Shown piece after piece: positions 37,601-50,501 of a stretch of 64,000 bases of DNA (position 1 is its first letter; the number at the start of each line of letters is the position of its first letter). The notes beneath the pieces were generated by a model, which saw only the letters and a program-made list of their open reading frames with translations, made no database searches and was not told the origin of the DNA. The position numbers and the translations under genes are program-made. Origin of the DNA: Lingula anatina (lineage: Eukaryota > Animalia > Brachiopoda); the NCBI GenBank assembly GCA_051362555.1, contig JBPQGU010000016.1, forward strand, positions 3,596,001 to 3,660,000. The letters are read 5' to 3'.

Positions 37601-40600
37601 CGTTTCCACATTTTTTATGAATGACAGATGTGGTAGATTGATTTTCGTCACTTTTTGGAAAAATCGGAGACGGGTCGATTTTTGGTGATTTTGAGTGATT
37701 TTGAACAGTGCCGGCACTGTGAGATTTCTTCAATTTTGGCCAGGTAGGGATGAAAAATTTTTTTCTTCATTATAGTGTCAGGTAGGTGTGTTCGGTCATT
37801 TGTAGTAAGAATAAAGTGCTGGAAGAGTGGTGGTGTCAACATTAAGGAAGAAATAGAGCAAAAACTCTGTCTCCCCCCCCCTCTCAGATTCTGTTCTCAG
37901 AGCTTATTTTTGGATCATCTTTAAAGCTAGAATTGAGGGCCTTCATGAAGTGACCCGGGCGCGTTTCCACATTTTTTATGAATGACAGATGTGGTAGATT
38001 GATTTTTGTCACTTTTTGGAAAAATCGGAGACGGGTCGATTTTTGGTGATTTTGAGTGATTTTGAACAGTGCCGGCACTGTGAGATTTCTTCAATTTTGG
38101 CCAGGTAGGGATGAAAAATTTTTTTCTTCATTATAGTGTCAGGTAGGTGTGTTCGGTCATTTGTAGTAAGAATAAAGTGCTGGAAGAGTGGTGGTGTCAA
38201 CATTAAGGAAGAAATAGAGCAAAAACTCTGTCTCCCCCCCCCCTCTCAGATTCTGTTCTCAGAGCTTATTTTTGGATCATCTTTAAAGCTAGAATTGGGG
38301 GCCTTGATGAAGTGACCCGGGCGCGTTTCCACATTTTTTATGAATGACAGGTGTGGTAGATTGATTTTCGTCACTTTTTGGAAAAATCGGAGACGGGTCG
38401 ATTTTTGGTGATTTTGAGTGATTTTGAACAGTGCCAGCACTGTGAGATTTCTTCAATTTTGGCCAGGTAGGGATGAAAATTTTTTTTCTTCATTATAGTG
38501 TCAGGTAGATGTGTTCGGTCATTTGTAGTAAGAATAAAGTGCTGGAAGAGTGGTGGTGTCAACATTAAGGAAGAAATAGAGCAAAAACTCTGTCTCTCCC
38601 TCCCCTCTCAGATTCTGTTCTCAGAGCTTATTTTTGGATCATCTTTAAAGCTAGAATTGGGGGCCTTGATGAAGTGACCCGGGCGCGTTTCCACATTTTT
38701 TTATGAATGACAGGTGTGGTAGATTGATTTTCGTCACTTTTTGGAAAAATCGGAGACGGGTCGATTTTTGGTGATTTTGAGTGATTTTGAACAGTGCCGG
38801 CACTGTGAGATTTCTTCAATTTTGGCCAGGTAGGGATGAAAATTTTTTTTCTTCATTATAGTGTCAGGTAGGTGTGTTCGGTCATTTGTAGTAAGAATAA
38901 AGTGCTGGAATAGTGGTGGTGTCAACATTAAGGAAGAAATAGAGCAAAAACTCTCTCTCCCCCCCCCTCTCAGATTCTGTTCTCAGAGCTTATTTTTGGA
39001 TCATCTTTAAAGCTAGAATTGGGGGCCTTGATGAAGTGACCCGGGCGCGTTTCCACATTTTTTATGAATGACAGGTGTGGTAGATTGATTTTCATCACTT
39101 TTTGGAAAAATCGGAGACGGGTCGATTTTTGGTGATTTTGAGTGATTTTGAACAGTGCCGGCACTGTGAGATTTCTTCAATTTTGGCCAGGTAGGGATGA
39201 AAATTTATTTTCTTCATTATAGTGTCAGGTAGTGTGTTCGGTCATTTGTAGTAAGAATAAAGTGCTGGAAGAGTGGTGGTGTCAACATTAAGGAAGAAAT
39301 AGAGCAAAAACTCTCTCTCCCCCCCCCTCTCAGATTCTGTTCTCAGAGCTTATTTTTGGATCATCTTTAAAGCTAGAATTGGGGGCCTTGATGAAGTGAC
39401 CCGGGCGCGTTTCCACATTTTTTATGAATGACAGGTGTGGTAGATTGATTTTCATCACTTTTTGGAAAAATCGGAGACGGGTCGATTTTTGGTGATTTTG
39501 AGTGATTTTGAACAGTGCCGGCACTGTGAGATTTCTTCAATTTTGGCCAGGTAGGGATGAAAATTTATTTTCTTCATTATAGTGTCAGGTAGTGTGTTCG
39601 GTCATTTGTAGTAAGAATAAAGTGCTGGAAGAGTGGTGGTGTCAACATTAAGGAAGAAATAGAGCAAAAACTCTCTCTCCCCCCCCCTCTCAGATTCTGT
39701 TCTCAGAGCTTATTTTTGGATCATCTTTAAAGCTAGAATTGTTGGCCTTGATGAAGTGACCCGGGCGCGCTTCCACATTTTTTATGAATGACAGGTGTGG
39801 TAGATTGATTTTCGTCACTTTTTGGAAAAATCGGAGACGGGTCGATTTTTGGTGATTTTGAGTGATTTTGAACAGTGCCGGCACTGTGAGATTTCTTCAA
39901 TTTTGGCCAGGTAGGGATGAAAATTTTTTTTCTTCATTATAGTGTCAGGTAGGTGTGTTCGGTCATTTGTAGTAAGAATAAAGTGCTGGAAGAGTGGTGG
40001 TGTCAACATTAAGGAAGAAATAGAGCAAAAACTCTCTCTCCCCCCCCTCTCAGATTCTGTTCTCAGAGCTTATTTTTGGATCATCTTTAAAGCTAGAATT
40101 GGGGGCCTTGATGAAGTGACCCGGGCGCGTTTCCACATTTTTTATGAATGACAGGTGTGGTAGATTGATTTTCGTCACTTTTTGGAAAAATCGGAGACGG
40201 GTCGATTTTTGGTGATTTTGAGTGATTTTGAACAGTGCCGGCACTGTGAGATTTCTTCAATTTTGGCCAGGTAGGGATGAAAATTTTTTTTCTTCATTAT
40301 AGTGTCAGGTAGGTGTGTTCGGTCATTTGTAGTAAGAATAAAGTGCTGGAAGAGTGGTGGTGTCAACATTAAGGAAGAAATAGAGCAAAAACTCTCTCTC
40401 CCCCCCCCTCTCAGATTCTGTTCTCAGAGCTTATTTTTGGATCATCTTTAAAGCTAGAATTGGGGGCCTTGATGAAGTGACCCGGGCGCGTTTCCACATT
40501 TTTTATGAATGACAGGTGTGGTAGATTGATTTTCGTCACTTTTTGGAAAAATCGGAGACGGGTCGATTTTTGGTGATTTTGAGTGATTTTGAACAGTGCC

Positions 40601-43600
40601 GGCACTGTGAGATTTCTTCAATTTTGGCCAGGTAGGGATGAAAATTTTTTTTCTTCATTATAGTGTCAGGTAGGTGTGTTCGGTCATTTGTAGTAAGAAT
40701 AAAGTGCTGGAAGAGTGGTGGTGTCAACATTAAGGAAGAAATAGAGCAAAAACTCTCTCTCCCCCCCCTCTCAGATTCTGTTCTCAGAGCTTATTTTTGG
40801 ATCATCTTTAAAGCTAGAATTGGGGGCCTTGATGAAGTGACCCGGGCGCGTTTCCACATTTTTTATGAATGACAGGTGTGGTAGATTGATTTTCGTCACT
40901 TTTTGGAAAAATCGGAGACGGGTCGATTTTTGGTGATTTTGAGTGATTTTGAACAGTGCCGGCACTGTGAGATTTCTTCAATTTTGGCCAGGTAGGGATG
41001 AAAATTTTTTTTCTTCATTATAGTGTCAGGTAGGTGTGTTCGGGTCATTTGTAGTAAGAATAAAGTGCTGGAAGAGTGGTGGTGTCAACATTAAGGAAGA
41101 AATAGAGCAAAAACTCTCTCTCCCCCCCCCCTCTCAGATTCTGTTCTCAGAGCTTATTTTTGGATCATCTTTAAAGCTAGAATTGGGGGCCTTGATGAAG
41201 TGACCCGGGCGCGTTTCCACATTTTTTATGAATGACAGGTGTGGTAGATTGATTTTCGTCACTTTTTGGAAAAATCGGAGACGGGTCGATTTTTGGTGAT
41301 TTTGAGTGATTTTGAACAGTGCCTGCACTGTGAGATTTCTTCAATTTTGGCCAGGTAGGGATGAAAATTTTTTTTTCTTCATTATAGTGTCAGGTAGGTG
41401 TGTTCGGTCATTTGTAGTAAGAATAAAGTGCTGGAAGAGTGGTGGTGTCAACATTAAGGAAGAAATAGAGCAAAAACTCTCTCTCCCCCCCCCCCCCTCT
41501 CAGATTCTGTTCTCAGAGCTTATTTTTGGATCATCTTTAAAGCTAGAATTGGGGGCCTTGATGAAGTGACCCGGGCGCGTTTCCACATTTTTTATGAATG
41601 ACAGGTGTGGTAGATTGATTTTCGTCACTTTTTGGAAAAATCGGAGACGGGTCGATTTTTGGTGATTTTGAGTGATTTTGAACAGTGCCTGCACTGTGAG
41701 ATTTCTTCAATTTTGGCCAGGTAGGGATGAAAATTTTTTTTCTTCATTATAGTGTCAGGTAGGTGTGTTCGGTCATTTGTAGTAAGAATAAAGTGCTGGA
41801 AGAGTGGTGGTGTCAACATTAAGGAAGAAATAGAGCAAAAACTCTCTCTCCCCCCCCCCTCTCAGATTCTGTTCTCAGAGCTTATTTTTGGATCATCTTT
41901 AAAGCTAGAATTGGGGGCCTTGATGAAGTGACCCGGGCGCGTTTCCACATTTTTTATGAATGACAGGTGTGGTAGATTGATTTTCGTCACTTTTTGGAAA
42001 AATCGGAGACGGGTCGATTTTTGGTGATTTTGAGTGATTTTGAACAGTGCCTGCACTGTGAGATTTCTTCAATTTTGGCCAGGTAGGGATGAAAATTTTT
42101 TTTCTTCATTATAGTGTCAGGTAGGTGTGTTCGGTCATTTGTAGTAAGAATAAAGTGCTGGAAGAGTGGTGGTGTCAACATTAAGGAAGAAATAGAGCAA
42201 AAACTCTCTCTCCCCCCCCCCTCTCAGATTCTGTTCTCAGAGCTTATTTTTGGATCATCTTTAAAGCTAGAATTGGGGGCCTTGATGAAGTGACCCGGGC
42301 GCGTTTCCACATTTTTTATGAATGACAGGTGTGGTAGATTGATTTTCGTCACTTTTTGGAAAAATCGGAGACGGGTCGATTTTTGGTGATTTTGAGTGAT
42401 TTTGAACAGTGCCGGCACTGTGAGATTTCTTCAATTTTGGCCAGGTAGGGATGAAAATTTTTTTTCTTCATTATAGTGTCAGGTAGGTGTGTTCGGTCAT
42501 TTGTAGTAAGAATAAAGTGCTGGAATAGTGGTGGTGTCAACATTAAGGAAGAAATAGAGCAAAAACTCTCTCTCCCCCCCCCCTCTCAGATTCTGTTCTC
42601 AGAGCTTATTTTTGGATCATCTTTAAAGCTAGAATTGGGGGCCTTGATGAAGTGACCCGGGCGCGTTTCCACATTTTTTATGAATGACAGGTGTGGTAGA
42701 TTGATTTTCGTCACTTTTTGGAAAAATCGGAGACGGGTCGATTTTTGGTGATTTTGAGTGATTTTGAACAGTGCCGGCACTGTGAGATTTCTTCAATTTT
42801 GGCCAGGTAGGGATGAAAATTTTTTTTCTTCATTATAGTGTCAGGTAGGTGTGTTCGGTCATTTGTAGTAAGAATAAAGTGCTGGAAGAGTGGTGGTGTC
42901 AACATTAAGGAAGAAATAGAGCAAAAACTCTCTCTCCCCCCCCCTCTCAGATTCTGTTCTCAGAGCTTATTTTTGGATCATCTTTAAAGCTAGAATTGGG
43001 GGCCTTGATGAAGTGACCCGGGCGCGTTTCCACATTTTTTATGAATGACAGGTGTGGTAGATTGATTTTCGTCACTTTTTGGAAAAATCGGAGACGGGTC
43101 GATTTTTGGTGATTTTGAGTGATTTTGAACAGTGCCGGCACTGTGAGATTTCTTCAATTTTGGCCAGGTAGGGATGAAAATTTTTTTTCTTCATTATAGT
43201 GTCAGGTAGGTGTGTTCGGTCATTTGTAGTAAGAATAAAGTGCTGGAAGAGTGGTGGTGTCAACATTAAGGAAGAAATAGAGCAAAAATTCTCTCTCCCC
43301 CCCCCCCTCTCAGATTCTGTTCTCAGAGCTTATTTTTGGATCATCTTTAAAGCTAGAATTGGGGGCCTTGATGAAGTGACCCGGGCGCGTTTCCACATTT
43401 TTTATGAATGACAGGTGTGGTAGATTGATTTTCGTCACTTTTTGGAAAAATCGGAGACGGGTCGATTTTTGGTGATTTTGAGTGATTTTGAACAGTGCCT
43501 GCACTGTGAGATTTCTTCAATTTTGGCCAGGTAGGGATGAAAATTTTTTTTCTTCATTATAGTGTCAGGTAGGTGTGTTCGGTCATTTGTAGTAAGAATA

Positions 43601-46600
43601 AAGTGCTGGAAGAGTGGTGGTGTCAACATTAAGGAAGAAATAGAGCAAAAACTCTCTCTCCCCCCCCCCCTCTCAGATTCTGTTCTCAGAGCTTATTTTT
43701 GGATCATCTTTAAAGCTAGAATTGGGGGCCTTGATGAAGTGACCCGGGCGCGTTTCCACATTTTTTATGAATGACAGGTGTGGTAGATTGATTTTCGTCA
43801 CTTTTTGGAAAAATCGGAGACGGGTCGATTTTTGGTGATTTTGAGTGATTTTGAACAGTGCCTGCACTGTGAGATTTCTTCAATTTTGGCCAGGTAGGGA
43901 TGAAAATTTTTTTTCTTCATTATAGTGTCAGGTAGGTGTGTTCGGTCATTTGTAGTAAGAATAAAGTGCTGGAAGAGTGGTGGTGTCAACATTAAGGAAG
44001 AAATAGAGCAAAAACTCTCTCTCCCCCCCCCCCTCTCAGATTCTGTTCTCAGAGCTTATTTTTGGATCATCTTTAAAGCTAGAATTGGGGGCCTTGATGA
44101 AGTGACCCGGGCGCGTTTACACATTTTTTATGAATGACAGGTGTGGTAGATTGATTTTCGTCACTTTTTGGAAAAATCGGAGACGGGTCGATTTTTGGTG
44201 ATTTTGAGTGATTTTGAACAGTGCCTGCACTGTGAGATTTCTTCAATTTTGGCCAGGTAGGGATGAAAATTTTTTTTCTTCATTATAGTGTCAGGTAGGT
44301 GTGTTCGGTCATTTGTAGTAAGAATAAAGTGCTGGAAGAGTGGTGGTGTCAACATTAAGGAAGAAATAGAGCAAAAACTCTCTCTCCCCCCCCCCTCTCA
44401 GATTCTGTTCTCAGAGCTTATTTTTGGATCATCTTTAAAGCTAGAATTGGGGGCCTTGATGAAGTGACCCGGGCGCGTTTACACATTTTTTATGAATGAC
44501 AGGTGTGGTAGATTGATTTTCGTCACTTTTTGGAAAAATCGGAGACGGGTCGATTTTTGGTGATTTTGAGTGATTTTGAACAGTGCCGGCACTGTGAGAT
44601 TTCTTCAATTTTGGCCAGGTAGGGATGAAAATTTTTTTTCTTCATTATAGTGTCAGGTAGGTGTGTTCGGTCATTTGTAGTAAGAATAAAGTGCTGGAAT
44701 AGTGGTGGTGTCAACATTAAGGAAGAAATAGAGCAAAAACTCTCTCTCCCCCCCCCTCTCAGATTCTGTTCTCAGAGCTTATTTTTGGATCATCTTTAAA
44801 GCTAGAATTGGGGGCCTTGATGAAGTGACCCGGGCGCGTTTCCACATTTTTTATGAATGACAGGTGTGGTAGATTGATTTTCGTCACTTTTTGGAAAAAT
44901 CGGAGACGGGTCGATTTTTGGTGATTTTGAGTGATTTTGAACAGTGCCGGCACTGTGAGATTTCTTCAATTTTGGCCAGGTAGGGATGAAAATTTTTTTC
45001 TTCATTATAGTGTCAGGTAGGTGTGTTCGGTCATTTGTAGTAAGAATAAAGTGCTGGAAGAGTGGTGGTGTCAACATTAAGGAAGAAATAGAGCAAAAAC
45101 TCTCTCTCCCCCCCCTCTCAGATTTTGTTCTCAGAGCTTATTTTTGGATCATCTTTAAAGCTAGAATTGGGGGCCTTGATGAAGTGACCCGGGTGCGTTT
45201 ACACATTTTTTATGAATGACAGGTGTGGTAGATTGATTTTCGTCACTTTTTGGAAAAATCGGAGACGGGTCGATTTTTGGTGATTTTGAGTGATTTTGAA
45301 CAGTGCCGGCACTGTGAGATTTCTTCAATTTTGGTCAGGTAGGGATGAAAATTTTTTTTCTTCATTATAGTGTCAGGTAGGTGTGTTCGGTCATTTGTAG
45401 TAAGAATAAAGTGCTGGAAGAGTGGTGGTGTCAACATTAAGGAAGAAATAGAGCAAAAACTCTCTCTCCCCCCCCCCTCTCAGATTCTGTTCTCAGAGCT
45501 TATTTTTGGATCATCTTTAAAGCTAGAATTGGGGGCCTTGATGAAGTGACCCGGTCGTGTTTCCACATTTTTTATGAATGACAGGTGTGGTAGATTGATT
45601 TTCGTCACTTTTTGGAAAAATCGGAGACGGGTCGATTTTTGGTGATTTTGAGTGATTTTGAACAGTGCCGGCACTGTGAGATTTCTTCAATTTTGGCCAG
45701 GTAGGGATGAAAATTTTTTTTCTTCATTATAGTGTCAGGTAGGTGTGTTCGGTCATTTGTAGTAAGAATAAAGTGCTGGAAGAGTGGTGGTGTCAACATT
45801 AAGGAAGAAATAGAGCAAAAACTCTCTCTCCCCCCCCCCCCTCTCAGATTCTGTTCTCAGAGCTTATTTTTGGATCATCTTTAAAGCTAGAATTGGGGGC
45901 CTTGATGAAGTGACCCGGGCGCGTTTCCACATTTTTTATGAATGACAGGTGTGGTAGATTGATTTTCGTCACTTTTTGGAAAAATCGGAGACGGGTCGAT
46001 TTTTGGTGATTTTGAGTGATTTTGAACAGTGCCGGCACTGTGAGATTTCTTCAATTTTGGCCAGGTAGGGATGAAAATTTTTTTTCTTCATTATAGTGTC
46101 AGGTAGGTGTGTTCGGTCATTTGTAGTAAGAATAAAGTGCTGGAAGAGTGGTGGTGTCAACATTGAGGAAGAAATAGAGCAAAAACTCTCTCTCCCCCCC
46201 CCCTCTCAGATTCTGTTCTCAGAGCTTATTTTTGGATCATCTTTAAAGCTAGAATTGGGGGCCTTGATGAAGTGACCCGGGCGCGTTTCCACATTTTTTA
46301 TGAATGACAGGTGTGGTAGATTGATTTTCGTCACTTTTTGGAAAAATCGGAGACGGGTCGATTTTTGGTGATTTTGAGTGATTTTGAACAGTGCCGGCAC
46401 TGTGAGATTTCTTCAATTTTGGCCAGGTAGGGATGAAAATTTTTTTCTTCATTATAGTGTCAGGTAGGTGTGTTCGGTCATTTGTAGTAAGAATAAAGTG
46501 CTGGAAGAGTGGTGGTGTCAACATTAAGGAAGAAATAGAGCAAAAACTCTCTCTCCCCCCCCCTCTCAGATTTTGTTCTCAGAGCTTATTTTTGGATCAT

Positions 46601-49600
46601 CTTTAAAGCTAGAATTGGGGGCCTTGATGAAGTGACCCGGGCGCGTTTACACATTTTTTATGAATGACAGGTGTGGTAGATTGATTTTCGTCACTTTTTG
46701 GAAAAATCGGAGACGGGTCGATTTTTGGTGATTTTGAGTGATTTTGAACAGTGCCGGCACTGTGAGATTTCTTCAATTTTGGTCAGGTAGGGATGAAAAT
46801 TTTTTTTCTTCATTATAGTGTCAGGTAGGTGTGTTCGGTCATTTGTAGTAAGAATAAAGTGCTGGAAGAGTGGTGGTGTCAACATTAAGGAAGAAATAGA
46901 GCAAAAACTCTCTCTCCCCCCCCCCTCTCAGATTCTGTTCTCAGAGCTTATTTTTGGATCATCTTTAAAGCTAGAATTGGGGGCCTTGATGAAGTGACCC
47001 GGGCGCGTTTCCACATTTTTTATGAATGACAGGTGTGGTAGATTGATTTTCGTCACTTTTTGGAAAAATCGGAGACGGGTCGATTTTTGGTGATTTTGAG
47101 TGATTTTGAACAGTGCCGGCACTGTGAGATTTCTTCAATTTTGGCCAGGTAGGGATGAAAATTTTTTTTCTTCATTATAGTGTCAGGTAGGTGTGTTCGG
47201 TCATTTGTAGTAAGAATAAAGTGCTGGAAGAGTGGTGGTGTCAACATTAAGGAAGAAATAGAGCAAAAACTCTCTCTCCCCCCCCTCTCAGATTCTGTTC
47301 TCAGAGCTTATTTTTGGATCATCTTTAAAGCTAGAATTGGGGGCCTTGATGAAGTGACCCGGGCGCGTTTCCACATTTTTTATGAATGACAGGTGTGGTA
47401 GATTGGATTTTCGTCACTTTTTGGAAAAATCGGAGACGGGTCGATTTTTGGTGATTTTGAGTGATTTTGAACAGTGCCGGCACTGTGAGATTTCTTCAAT
47501 TTTGGCCAGGTAGGGATGAAAATTTTTTTTCTTCATTATAGTGTCAGGTAGGTGTGTTCGGTCATTTGTAGTAAGAATAAAGTGCTGGAAGAGTGGTGGT
47601 GTCAACATTAAGGAAGAAATAGAGCAAAAACTCTCTCTCCCCCCCCCCCTCTCAGATTCTGTTCTCAGAGCTTATTTTTGGATCATCTTTAAAGCTAGAA
47701 TTGGGGGCCTTGATGAAGTGACCCGGGCGCGTTTCCACATTTTTTATGAATGACAGGTGTGGTAGATTGATTTTCGTCACTTTTTGGAAAAATCGGAGAC
47801 GGGTCGATTTTTGGTGATTTTGAGTGATTTTGAACAGTGCCGGCACTGTGAGATTTCTTCAATTTTGGCCAGGTAGGGATGAAATTTTTTTTTCTTCATT
47901 ATAGTGTCAGGTAGGTGTGTTCGGTCATTTGTAGTAAGAATAAAGTGCTGGAAGAGTGGTGGTGTCAACATTAAGGAAGAAATAGAGCAAAAACTCTCTC
48001 TCCCCCCCCCCCTCTCAGATTCTGTTCTCAGAGCTTATTTTTGGATCATCTTTAAAGCTAGAATTGGGGGCCTTGATGAAGTGACCCGGGCGCGTTTCCA
48101 CATTTTTTATGAATGACAGGTGTGGTAGATTGATTTTCGTCACTTTTTGGAAAAATCGGAGACGGGTCGATTTTTGGTGATTTTGAGTGATTTTGAACAG
48201 TGCCGGCACTGTGAGATTTCTTCAATTTTGGCCAGGTAGGGATGAAAATTTTTTTTCTTCATTATAGTGTCAGGTAGGTGTGTTCGGTCATTTGTAGTAA
48301 GAATAAAGTGCTGGAAGAGTGGTGGTGTCAACATTAAGGAAGAAATAGAGCAAAAACTCTCTCTCCCCCCCCCTCTCAGATTCTGTTCTCAGAGCTTATT
48401 TTTGGATCATCTTTAAAGCTAGAATTGGGGGCCTTGATGAAGTGACCCGGGCGCGTTTCCACATTTTTTATGAATGACAGGTGTGGTAGATTGATTTTCG
48501 TCACTTTTTGGAAAAATCGGAGACGGGTCGATTTTTGGTGATTTTGAGTGATTTTGAACAGTGCCGGCACTGTGAGATTTCTTCAATTTTGGCCAGGTAG
48601 GGATGAAAATTTTTTTCTTCATTATAGTGTCAGGTAGGTGTGTTCGGTCATTTGTAGTAAGAATAGAGTGCTGGAAGAGTGGTGGTGTCAACATTAAGGA
48701 AGAAATAGAGCAAAAACTCTCTCTCCCCCCCCCTCTCAGATTCTGTTCTCAGAGCTTATTTTTTTATCATCTTTAAAGCTAGAATTGGGGGCCTTGATGA
48801 AGTGACCCGGGCGCGTTTACACATTTTTTATGAATTACAGGTGTGTTAGATTGATTTTCGTCACTTTTTGGAAAAATCGGAGACGGGTCGATTTTTGGTG
48901 ATTTTGAGTGATTTTGAACAGTGCCGGCACTGTGAGATTTCTTCAATTTTGGCCAGGTAGGGATGAAAATTTTTTTTCTTCATTATAGTGTCAGGTAGGT
49001 GTGTTCGGTCATTTGTAGTAAGAATAAAGTGCTGGAAGAGTGGTGGTGTCAACATTAAGGAAGAAATAGAGCAAAAACTCTCTCTCCCCCCCCCCTCTCA
49101 GATTCTGTTCTCAGAGCTTATTTTTGGATCATCTTTAAAGCTAGAATTGGGGGCCTTGATGAAGTGACCCGGGCGCGTTTCCACATTTTTTATGAATGAC
49201 AGGTGTGGTAGATTGATTTTCATCACTTTTTGGAAAAATCGGAGACGGGTCGATTTTTGGTGATTTTGAGTGATTTTGAACAGTGCCGGCACTGTGAGAT
49301 TTCTTCAATTTTGGCCAGGTAGGGATGAAAATTTATTTTCTTCATTATAGTGTCAGATAGGTGTGTTCGGTCATTTGTAGTAAGAATAAAGTGCTGGAAG
49401 AGTGGTGGTGTCAACATTAAGGAAGAAATAGAGCAAAAACTCTCTCTCCCCCCCCCCCTCTCAGATTCTGTTCTCAGAGCTTATTTTTGGATCATCTTTA
49501 AAGCTAGAATTGGGGGCCTTGATGAAGTGACCCGGGCGTGTTTCCACATTTTTTATGAATGACAGGTGTGGTAGATTGATTTTCGTCACTTTTTGGAAAA

Positions 49601-50501
49601 ATCGGAGACGGGTCGATTTTTGGTGATTTTGAGTGATTTTGAACAGTGCCGGCACTGTGAGATTTCTTCAATTTTGGCCAGGTAGGGATGAAAATTTTTT
49701 TTCTTCATTATAGTGTCAGGTAGGTGTGTTCGGTCATTTGTAGTAAGAATAAAGTGCTGGAAGAGTGGTGGTGTCAACATTAAGGAAGAAATAGAGCAAA
49801 AACTCTCTCTCCCCCCCCCTCTCAGATTCTGTTCTCAGAGCTTATTTTTGGATCATCTTTAAAGCTAGAATTGGGGGCCTTGATGAAGTGACCCGGGCGC
49901 GATTCCACATTTTTTATGAATGACAGGTGTGGTAGATTGATTTTCGTCACTTTTTGGAAAAATCGGAGACGGGTCGATTTTTGGTGATTTTGAGTGATTT
50001 TGAACAGTGCCGGCACTGTGAGATTTCTTCAATTTTGGCCAGGTAGGGATGAAAATTTTTTTTCTTCATTATAGTGTCAGGTAGGTGTGTTCGGTCATTT
50101 GTAGTAAGAATAAAGTGCTGGAAGAGTGGTGGTGTCAACATTAAGGAAGAAATAGAGCAAAAACTCTCTCTCCCCCCCCCTCTCAGATTCTGTTCTCAGA
50201 GCTTATTTTTGGATCATCTTTAAAGCTAGAATTGGGGGCCTTGATGAAGTGACCCGGGCGCGTTTCCACATTTTTTATGAATGACAGGTGTGGTAGATTG
50301 ATTTTCGTCACTTTTTGGAAAAATCGGAGACGGGTCGATTTTTGGTGATTTTGAGTGATTTTGAACAGTGCCGGCACTGTGAGATTTCTTCAATTTTGGC
50401 CAGGTAGGGATGAAAATTTATTTTCTTCATTATAGTGTCAGGTAGGTGTGTTCGGTCATTTGTAGTAAGAATAAAGTGCTGGAAGAGTGGTGGTGTCAAC
50501 A

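Larger units (their letters stand above)
1..38203. repeat. Satellite subfamily A domain
   Basis: Monomers carry ctctGtctc, gaattgAggg, ccttCatgaag, gacagAtgtgg and gatgaaaaAttt. Confidence 0.95.
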
